Source of the DNA: Gemmatimonadota bacterium
Lineage (GTDB): Bacteria; Gemmatimonadota; Gemmatimonadetes; Gemmatimonadales; GWC2-71-9
Reading direction: 5' to 3'
DNA length: 14,673 nt
Assembly (NCBI GenBank): GCA_036679645.1
Contig: JAZDCY010000050.1
Location: 1 to 14,673 of the forward strand
Part shown: piece by piece, positions 1 to 6,058 of the stretch
How positions within the stretch are numbered: the stretch's first letter is position 1
Layout of the letters: the number at the start of each line of letters is the position of its first letter
The notes under the pieces: model-generated
Told to the model about the DNA's origin: nothing
The model's input: the letters and a program-made list of their open reading frames with translations, nothing else
Database searches by the model: none
Translations under genes and position numbers: made by a program

Positions 1-408
1 CGAGGTGGCGTCTTCTTCCAGCACCGGCTCGCTCAACCGCGCCGAGTATTGCGTGGGCGCGATCAGCTCGACCACGCGCGTGATGGGCGTGGGATAGAGG
101 ACGTGAAAGACCTCAATCTCGACGTCGTATCCCCAGCTCCGGAACAGCCCCGCCATCCACTCGGCGTTTTCGCGTGTGTGTGGTGCGCCCACATGATTCG
201 GTGCCGACGACATGCGCCGGTTCCACGCCTCCTGCTCGCTCGCACTTATCAACCCGTCGAGTCGGTTCTCGATTTCTCTCTGTCTCTCTGCGTTCTCTGC
301 GGTGAAACCGAGGATCCCAGAGTTCGCCTGGGGTGTGACAGCGAGGAGAAAGAGGACGGCGAAAGACGGCGAGAGATGGCGGAGGACGGCCGGTCGGGTA
401 GGACGCAT
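1..408 (-). CDS. M28 family peptidase (glutamate carboxypeptidase II/folate hydrolase-like), N-terminal part; runs off the left edge
   Basis: Absent from the ORF track. Hand translation from ATG at 408 with GGAG upstream: MRPTRPAVLRHLSPSFAVLFLLAVTPQANSGILGFTAENAERQREIENRLDGLISASEQEAWNRRMSSAPNHVGAPHTRENAEWMAGLFRSWGYDVEIEVFHVLYPTP...LSEPVLEEDATS. It has a signal peptide and the PxHVG...ENAEW...F.SWG.D...E.F.VL.PTP pattern of bacterial GCPII-like M28 proteins. Confidence 0.85.
   Translation of the reverse strand, partial: MRPTRPAVLRHLSPSFAVLFLLAVTPQANSGILGFTAENAERQREIENRLDGLISASEQEAWNRRMSSAPNHVGAPHTRENAEWMAGLFRSWGYDVEIEVFHVLYPTPITRVVELIAPTQYSARLSEPVLEEDATS
355..390 (+). repeat. Degenerate 10-nt tandem repeat (GAYGGC-GRAR) inside the signal-peptide coding region
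   Basis: gacggcgaaa gacggcgaga gatggcggag gacggc. Confidence 0.55.
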
Positions 409-754
409 CGAGGCTCCGGGTGCGTGGGAATGATGATATGCAGCCGCGGACGGGTGCTCGCAAGTGGTGATAGGCGTTGTGGTTATGCGACGGTGCAGGT
501 CGTGTCGGGATTTGGCGGTAATCGGTGGTGACGAAATGCGACGGGTGGTAGACGCCGAGACGCCCAGGCAGACGCGTAGGCGCCTATCCGCCCCACTACC
601 AACTACATCTCACCCGAGCGCGGAATCCCGCTCCCCTTCCGCGACGGATTGGTACCGGCATTGGGCACGTGGAGCCTTATCGTCAGCGTGCGGCACGGAG
701 AGAATTGCGAGGACCGCGTCGTTTTATGCCAGTGGCCGTCAACCGTATTGGGGT

Positions 755-838
755 GCCGGCGTGGCGAAACTGGTAGACGCAGATACTTCGCATGTATCTG
801 AGCGCAAGCTCGTGCCGGTTCGAATCCGGCCGCCGGTA
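755..838 (+). tRNA. Class II tRNA with tRNA-Leu body and Ala anticodon CGC (non-cognate); CCA not encoded
   Basis: Acceptor GCCGGCG(755-761)/CGCCGGT(831-837), A73=838; D-arm GCG-AAACTGGTAGA-CGC; anticodon arm GATAC-TTCGCAT-GTATC with CGC at 789-791; variable arm GAGC-GCAA-GCTC (800-811); T-arm GCCGG-TTCGAAT-CCGGC; followed by CCC. Confidence 0.92.
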
Positions 839-887
839 CCCGTCGCGCGATATCCGGAGCAATAGTTCTCAGAGAGCCAGATCGGTG

Positions 888-916
888 TTGACACTCCCGA
901 GGTCCATACCTAGGTT
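888..916 (+). promoter_or_regulatory. Sigma70-type promoter for the putative antisense sRNA 1
   Basis: TTGACA (888-893), 17-nt spacer, TAGGTT (911-916). Predicted +1 near A922/A923, where tRNA complementarity begins. Confidence 0.75.
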
Positions 917-922
917 GGCGGA

Positions 923-988
923 ACATGCGAAGTATCACGTAGCCGGTTTCGCTGTGCCAAGAGAGCCGGGTCTTCGGACCCGGCTTTC
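923..988 (+). ncRNA. Putative anti-tRNA small RNA 1, antisense to the 5' half of the tRNA at 755-838
   Basis: 923-936 ACATGCGAAGTATC is the exact reverse complement of 782-795. 942-958 pairs contiguously with 758-774 using five G:U pairs. It ends in a hairpin and has a paralog at 2881-2946. Confidence 0.75.
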
Positions 989-994
989 GACTTT
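961..994 (+). terminator. Stem-loop with C(UUCG)G tetraloop; likely 3' end of sRNA 1 and possibly terminator for the convergent ATPase gene
   Basis: GAGAGCCGGGTC-TTCG-GACCCGGCTTTC (12-bp stem, one G:U) then GACTTT; the U-tract is weak. Confidence 0.7.
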
Positions 995-1056
995 GCTCTA
1001 GACGCGTAGACGGATCGTTGGACAGAGGGGTAGTTGGACCACGAGGGTCGCCGTCA

Positions 1057-2613
1057 CTACCCACGCCGCCCGCGACGCTTCCCCCTAGCCGCATCACCCC
1101 ACCGAGCCAAGAACGTCGTGATGAACTCGTGCACCCGTGACCCTTCCACCGTGAGCGGCGCCAGTGCCATAGCGACGCTGAGCGCCAAGTGATAGCCCTC
1201 GGACCGCGACGCGACCGCCCGCTGATACGCCGGATGCGCATCGTTGACCCACACAGTCGATTCCACAAGCCGGCCCAGCTCGGGATCGTCAGGCCGGCTC
1301 TCGAACCGAATACTGAGCCCGTAGCGTGCCGGACGCCGCCGCCCTGTGCCAGGAAGCCCGGTACTCTTGGGCTCGACCGGCGCGCGGGACGCGGTCTCCG
1401 ACGCGGTTTCGGGCGCCGCTCGCTCCACCTCCGGCTCCGCGGTCTCCGCGCCTTTGGGCTCAACGGGGACCGGGGCCGCGTCTTCCGGAGCCGGAACGGC
1501 ACCCGGGCCGCCCCCGCCCAACGGCAACCGGCGCTGGCCGCCGGGCCGCCGCTCGACCAGTGCCGCGAGCAGGGGAAACTCGTCGGCCAGATCGGCTAAC
1601 AGGTTTCTGAGATCCCGCTCGATCGGACGCGTACGGCGCTGCCGCTTCCCGGCTGCCGCCTCCCGCACATCCCCCCACTCCGCGAGCTGCGCCGCCACCA
1701 CCTCCTGTAACGCTTTCCGGTAGACGAGGTACAACGCGCCGCGCTTGCCCGTCCGTATGAAATCCGCCTTGTTGAGCATGAGACTCTCCGCCAACGCCGG
1801 CACTTCGATCAGGCCGCCTATGTGTTCCGGCGCCGCCGGCGTCACGCCCAGCCAGTCCCAACCGCGCTTGATCACCTTGCCGAGCGTGCTGACCGCCACA
1901 CCGCGCTGTTCCTCGCTCAGTGGAACGCCGCTCCGCACCAGATAGCCGGACGCGGAAGGCTTCCGCTTGCGGGGCAGCTTCACCGCTACCGCGACCCGCT
2001 CCCGCACCGACGGGCGCCGACCGAGGAAGTGTCCGTTCACCGCGAAACGCACCCCATCCGGGTACGCCGTCTGGAGGATCGCGTCGAACGCGGGATCGAA
2101 CAGCGGTTCGTACTGCCGCCGCAGCGTGGCTTCGACAAACCCGTCGTCCAACAGCGGACTCAAGGCGTTGTTGAGCGCGAGGCATACCCCGGTTCCGTGC
2201 TGCACGACCCGACCAGGCGGGTCCACCCATTTCCAGGGCGCGCGATGCTTCGATTTCAGATGCCACCGCGTGGCGACGTGGGTTTTCCCGCGTCGCGTCT
2301 CGGTAACGACGTCGTCACACAGCAGCAACCCGAGTTTTATTCCCACTCCCGCGAACCCGATCCCGCTACCCCGCTGCTTCGACGTGGTGGCGAGATCGTG
2401 ATAGCGCCCCAGCTCACGTCGCGTCATTCCCCGGCCGTCATCTACCACGGTGAGCGTCGCGGCCGCGGGATCGGCAGAGAGGACGACCGCCGTCGCCCCC
2501 GAGTCCAACGAGTTGGCTACGATCTCCGTGAGAATCACTTCCTCGAGGGAGCCGGGATAGGCATCCCGCAAGTCCTCGAGCAGGTGCAACAGATCAACCC
2601 GCGTCTCACCCAC
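1057..2613 (-). CDS. GHKL (HATPase_c/Hsp90/MutL/MORC-like) ATP-binding protein, about 518 aa
   Basis: Bergerat-fold motifs EIVANSLDSGA, VVDDGRGM, GIGFAGVGIK and HGTGV. Probable start is GTG at 2613 (MGETRVDLLHLLEDL...) preceded by GGAGG; the ORF track extends to 2643. Pro/Ala/Glu-rich linker before the C-terminal domain; tandem TAG TGA stops. Confidence 0.85.
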   Translation of the reverse strand: MGETRVDLLHLLEDLRDAYPGSLEEVILTEIVANSLDSGATAVVLSADPAAATLTVVDDGRGMTRRELGRYHDLATTSKQRGSGIGFAGVGIKLGLLLCDDVVTETRRGKTHVATRWHLKSKHRAPWKWVDPPGRVVQHGTGVCLALNNALSPLLDDGFVEATLRRQYEPLFDPAFDAILQTAYPDGVRFAVNGHFLGRRPSVRERVAVAVKLPRKRKPSASGYLVRSGVPLSEEQRGVAVSTLGKVIKRGWDWLGVTPAAPEHIGGLIEVPALAESLMLNKADFIRTGKRGALYLVYRKALQEVVAAQLAEWGDVREAAAGKRQRRTRPIERDLRNLLADLADEFPLLAALVERRPGGQRRLPLGGGGPGAVPAPEDAAPVPVEPKGAETAEPEVERAAPETASETASRAPVEPKSTGLPGTGRRRPARYGLSIRFESRPDDPELGRLVESTVWVNDAHPAYQRAVASRSEGYHLALSVAMALAPLTVEGSRVHEFITTFLARWGDAARGKRRGRRG

Positions 2614-2710
2614 AGCGCCTCCGGCCACGCAAGCCCGCATCATCCCGTGAGAGGAGTAACATCACGTCTCTCGTGGTCTCTGTAAACGATATGGTGAACT
2701 ACGTCATCCC

Positions 2711-2753
2711 GGAATGGCGGGAAGGGCGGAAGGGCGGAAGGGCGGAAGGGCGG
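2711..2753 (+). repeat. Octamer tandem repeat (GGAAGGGC)x4 plus one degenerate copy
   Basis: Perfect copies at 2720-2751; GGAATGGC at 2711-2718. Confidence 0.9.
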
Positions 2754-2781
2754 TTCCAATGTAGGTACACTCCCCCAACCT

Positions 2782-2811
2782 GTGCAGGTTCGAATCCTGT
2801 CGTCGGCACCC
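2782..2811 (+). pseudogene. 3' remnant of a second class II-type tRNA (T-arm, 3' acceptor strand, A73, CCC)
   Basis: GT-GCAGG-TTCGAAT-CCTGT-CGTCGGC-A-CCC; 25/30 identical to 812-841 with a compensated T-stem change. No matching 5' half (GCCGRCG, D-arm, anticodon arm) in the upstream intergenic region. Confidence 0.8.
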
Positions 2812-2845
2812 ACCGCGCTACCCAGACCGTCGCGTTGATATGATG

Positions 2846-2874
2846 TTACCAAGCACCGAGCTGGAGCGTATCCT
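2846..2874 (+). promoter_or_regulatory. Sigma70-type promoter for the putative sRNA 2
   Basis: TTACCA (2846-2851), 17 nt, TATCCT (2869-2874), then 6 nt to A2881. The geometry is identical to the copy-1 promoter. Confidence 0.6.
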
Positions 2875-2880
2875 CTACGT

Positions 2881-2950
2881 ACTTGCCGGGTCTCCCCGTA
2901 GCCAGTTCCGCTCCGCAGGAAAGCCGGGTCTTATGACCCGGCTTTCCTGC
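2881..2950 (+). ncRNA. Putative anti-tRNA small RNA 2 (paralog of 923-988), displaying codon GCC
   Basis: ACTTGCCGGGTCTCCCCGTAGCCAGTTCCGCTCCGCAGGAAAGCCGGGTCTTATGACCCGGCTTTC; about 51 of 67 columns match sRNA 1 in a hand alignment. CCAGTTCCGC is antisense to a Leu-type D-arm (GCGGAACTGG). Confidence 0.7.
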
Positions 2951-2955
2951 TCTTT
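2915..2955 (+). terminator. 16-bp perfect hairpin; 3' end of sRNA 2 and probable terminator of the convergent LVIVD gene
   Basis: GCAGGAAAGCCGGGTC-TTAT-GACCCGGCTTTCCTGC followed by TCTTT; the LVIVD stop is at 3017. Confidence 0.8.
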
Positions 2956-3016
2956 ACCCACAGATACCGGTCTGCACCGAACCGGACCCCTGCCGGCACC
3001 GAGATCACATAGCTCG

Positions 3017-5025
3017 TCAGCGTACCGCCGCGAGCTCCCGCACGGCGCCCGCAAGCAACCGCACTTTATTGGCGTCACCCGACGCACTCACGTCGCCGCC
3101 GAGCGCGGTCGCCACTCTCGTCAGCGTCTCCCGCCGACCGGCACCCGAGGCATTCTCCGCACTGGTCAGCTCCTGCCGCAGCGACGAGATCCTGTTGGCC
3201 GGCAACCCGTTCGACCGCTCCAGCTGATCCACGTATGCACGCGCCAGCGCGAACGTGGCGGGCCAGACGAATTGCAGCTGTCCCTGCGCGTTCAGGTAGT
3301 CGAGCCGCACCGATTTGGCCGCGTCGATCTCGTTCTGCGAGAGATACTCGCTCGGCATCAGCTCGAAGATGTCCAGCCCGCGCGCGATCTCCGAACTCAC
3401 CATCACGCCATTGTACCAGTAGACGGACCAGCTTCCGCCCATCTGCATCTGGTCCGGGTCCACCGGGCCGCGATCGTGAAAGGCGATCTCCATCGGGTGC
3501 GCAGGGTCGGTCCAGTCGAACACCGAGATGCCGCCCTGATACCAGCCCTGTACCATCACATCGCGTCCCGGGATGGGAATCAGCGACCCGTTGTGCGCGA
3601 CGCAGTTTTCCTGCGGCGTCTGCGGTGCCGGCAGCTTGTAGTAGCTCCGGAACCGCATCTGCCGGTTCTCGAGCGTGAAGATGGCATCCGCCCCCCACTC
3701 CCTCGGATCGGTAGCGCGGCATTTTGGCTGGCCGCCTCCACCCCATTCGTCCGTGAAGAGGACCTTGCTGCCATCGTTGCTGAACGTCGCCGAGTGCCAA
3801 TAGGAGAAGTTCGAGTCGCTCACCGCGCCAATGCGCGTCGGGTTGGCGGGGTCGGAGATGTCCAGCAGCAGTCCGTAGCCACCGCACGCGCCGCCCGCCA
3901 GACCGATGGCCGGATACACGGTGATGTCGTGGCACTGCGTGGGACCGGGACGCGGGCCATCGGGGCGAGGCCGCCCGAACCGCCGCGCGATCATCTCCGG
4001 TAATGCCTCACGCAGTGCCGCGCTGTCGGCACCCGTGGCGGCGCCGCTGCCGCCCCGCGCGCTCACGATGCTGTCGAGCATGGGCCTCACGAACCGGCCC
4101 GGCAGTACCATCTGCTGACCTCGTATCTCAACGACGAAGGCGCCCCGTGCGCGCGCCTCTTCGATCGCGGCCATTCCCGCCGGCCCCGCGCCGTGCGTCG
4201 GGGGCGCCGCGAGATCCTGAAAGATCCGTGGAGAACTCACAATGGCCGCCTCTTCAGGATGCGCGAGCGGCACCCGGATCACCTCGATCCGGAACAGCGC
4301 GGTGTTGGGATTCTCGTCCAGTTGACCGCCCGAACACCCTGGCACCTCTTCGGCGGGGCGCACCGCGGCCGATCCGGAGACGTACACGTACACGTTCTCA
4401 TCGTCGTTCGGATCCTCTACGACCGTATGCGTGTGCGACCCACGGCATGTCTGCACGTTGGCGATGTACTGCGGGTTGCGAATGTCGCTGATATCGAAGA
4501 TCCGGATGCCGCGCAGTCGGTCATGGCTCACCGACTCGTGCACGCCATCTGTGCCACAGTCGAGCCGGCCGCCCAGTCCCTCACCCGAGATAACAGGAGA
4601 TTCCGGTAGACCGACACGTCGCTCTGCGATGCCGGACAGACATACCCCACCGCGAGGGACGGGTGGCTGGGATCCGAGATGTCCCACACCTGCATCCCGT
4701 TGTAGTTGCCCTGGATCGCGTAGTTGCCGGTAAAGGCGAGGTCGGAATTCGTGACGCCCACGAATGCTTCGGGCGGCGGCGTCTGCGACACGACCCGGAG
4801 GTTCCACACCGCTTCTTCCGCGTCGAATAGCCCGGGCCCTAGTCCGATGCGCGGGTCGGGACTGGGCGCCGCGGCCATTGGAGCGGGTGCGGGTGCCGGC
4901 GCAGCCGTTTCCGACGACGCGGTATACGACGAACAGCCTGGGAGAACCAAAAGTCCCGCAGCGAGCGGGAGCCAGAGACGGTTGGTAGCGGCCTGTGCGG
5001 CACGGAACAACGGGGTACCGATCAT
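3017..5025 (-). CDS. LVIVD-repeat beta-propeller lipoprotein, interrupted by a 1-nt frameshift near 4592 (sequencing error or pseudogene)
   Basis: The N-terminal frame (ATG 5025, AAGGA RBS, lipobox-like LVLPGC, NSDLAFTGNYAIQGNYNGMQVWDISDP...SQSDVSVYRNLL) joins the C-terminal frame (ISGEGLGGRLDCG...GIRIFDISD...CRGSHTHT...QCHDITV...WHSATF...ENCVAHNG) if one base is restored in CTG TT_ ATC. Confidence 0.85.
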
Positions 5026-5090
5026 GACACATCCTTCTTGAGCAAGGTGATTCCTGTATGTGCCTCAACGCTCTTCACAGCGCCCAGGTC

Positions 5091-5125
5091 AATCGCAAAT
5101 CGCCAATCGCAAACCGTCGATCGTC
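5091..5125 (+). repeat. Degenerate heptamer tandem repeat (AATCGCM) at the DUF305 stop
   Basis: aatcgca aatcgcc aatcgca aaccgtc gatcgtc. Confidence 0.6.
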
Positions 5126-5867
5126 AGTTGTCTCGCCCCGCCTCTGTCAGTTCCTCGAGCATCAGCTCCATCCGGGCGATCTCGGTTATCTGATCTACCT
5201 GGATATCGGACGAGAGTTTGAACACCAGACCGTCCAGCGCGGCCCCGTCCGTGGCGTATAGCTCGTGCACCATGGTCACGGCACCGCGATGATGCTGGAT
5301 CATGGACGTCAGGAACAACCGGTCGAACTCGGAGCCCCGGGCCTGATCCAACTCATTCAGCTGCTCTTGCGACAACATGCCCGGCATGTGCATGGCATAG
5401 GCCGGGCCGTGCACGGTCAGGGTCGCCCCGTGGGTTTCGACTTCCGGTGCGGGCTGACCGCGACGGCGAAGCCAGTGCTGCATTGTCGCGATCTCGTCCC
5501 GTTGGGCGTTGATGATCCGGGAGCAGAGCGTCTGCACCGTGGCGCTCGCTCCGTGAGTCGGGGCGAACCCCGCCATCACCAGCGCCTGCCCGTGGTGACC
5601 GATCATGCCGGTCATGAAGTGGACATCCGCTTGCGTATAGCCCATCCGGGCGCTGTCCATCCGGGCCCGGTACGTCTCCTCCAGCTCGGCCGTCGATGCA
5701 GCGTCCGGCTGCGGAGGGGGCAGCGTGGCGCTACGAGCCGCACCGCCGCAGGCGGCGGTCACGGAAGTGGCCAAAAGAAGCGCGGCAACTGAGTGCCCAC
5801 GCAAGAATCGCCTGCCGTCTTGTATCACTCGAACACTCCCTGGAGGTCGGGCCTGGTACCCTGTCAT
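5124..5867 (-). CDS. DUF305 family (ferritin-like four-helix) lipoprotein
   Basis: Two DUF305 half-motifs: ADVHFMTGMIGHHGQALVMA...AQRDEIATM and FDRLFLTSMIQHHRGAVTMV...DQITEIARM; MHMPGMLS linker; lipobox-like VTAAC. Alternative start GTG at 5828 has GGAG 7 nt upstream. Confidence 0.9.
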   Translation of the reverse strand: MTGYQARPPGSVRVIQDGRRFLRGHSVAALLLATSVTAACGGAARSATLPPPQPDAASTAELEETYRARMDSARMGYTQADVHFMTGMIGHHGQALVMAGFAPTHGASATVQTLCSRIINAQRDEIATMQHWLRRRGQPAPEVETHGATLTVHGPAYAMHMPGMLSQEQLNELDQARGSEFDRLFLTSMIQHHRGAVTMVHELYATDGAALDGLVFKLSSDIQVDQITEIARMELMLEELTEAGRDN

Positions 5868-5967
5868 GCCGACAAAGTTACTCGGTGGGACGGGGTGGGG
5901 GAGAGAGGCGATACAGGCCGCTCAGGCACTCAGGCGCTGGCAGGAACTCGTGCGACAGACCCCAACA

Positions 5968-6034
5968 GGCGCCCCGGGCGTCAGCCCGGGGTGCCCGCCA
6001 GAAAGCCGACAGACCCAAGGGGTAAGCCTGGGGT
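5968..6034. repeat. REP-like GC-rich palindromes / terminator-like hairpins downstream of the amidohydrolase genes
   Basis: GGCGCCCCGGGC-GTCA-GCCCGGGGTGCC (5968-5995) and a degenerate relative ACCCAAGG-GGTAAG-CCTGGGGT (6013-6034); CGACAGACCC occurs at 5953 and 6007. Confidence 0.55.
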
Positions 6035-6058
6035 TCGCGCGACACCCGGGGGTGCGAC

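Noticed and set aside
520..600. GGTAGACGC resembling another tRNA-Leu D-loop
   Set aside because: No T-arm or acceptor stem can be built; it is part of a degenerate AGACGC repeat.
660..754. Promoter for the tRNA (sigma70 or sigma54)
   Set aside because: Candidate boxes (TTGCGA at 705, GGCACG at 692) lack correctly spaced partners; none could be supported.
755..838. Ordinary tRNA-Ala, tRNA-Sec or 8/4-9/3 allo-tRNA
   Set aside because: No G3:U70 and a long variable arm (not Ala); anticodon is not UCA; the fold is canonical 7/5.
603..1502. 299-aa minus ORF and 69-aa plus ORF (792-1001) over the tRNA/sRNA region as a peptide toxin
   Set aside because: They overlap the tRNA and/or the ATPase, have Arg/Pro/Ser-rich shadow composition, and show no convincing RBS or hydrophobic type I toxin character.
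2711..2753. CRISPR array
   Set aside because: Direct 8-nt tandem units without spacers and no cas genes; the same applies to 13333-13375.
812..2811. Integrative element bounded by attL/attR repeats of the tRNA 3' end
   Set aside because: No integrase, repeats only 25/30 identical with a compensatory change, and the sRNA inside the interval matches the upstream tRNA while the outside sRNA does not. That fits two paralogous modules better than simple integration, though old integration is not fully excluded.
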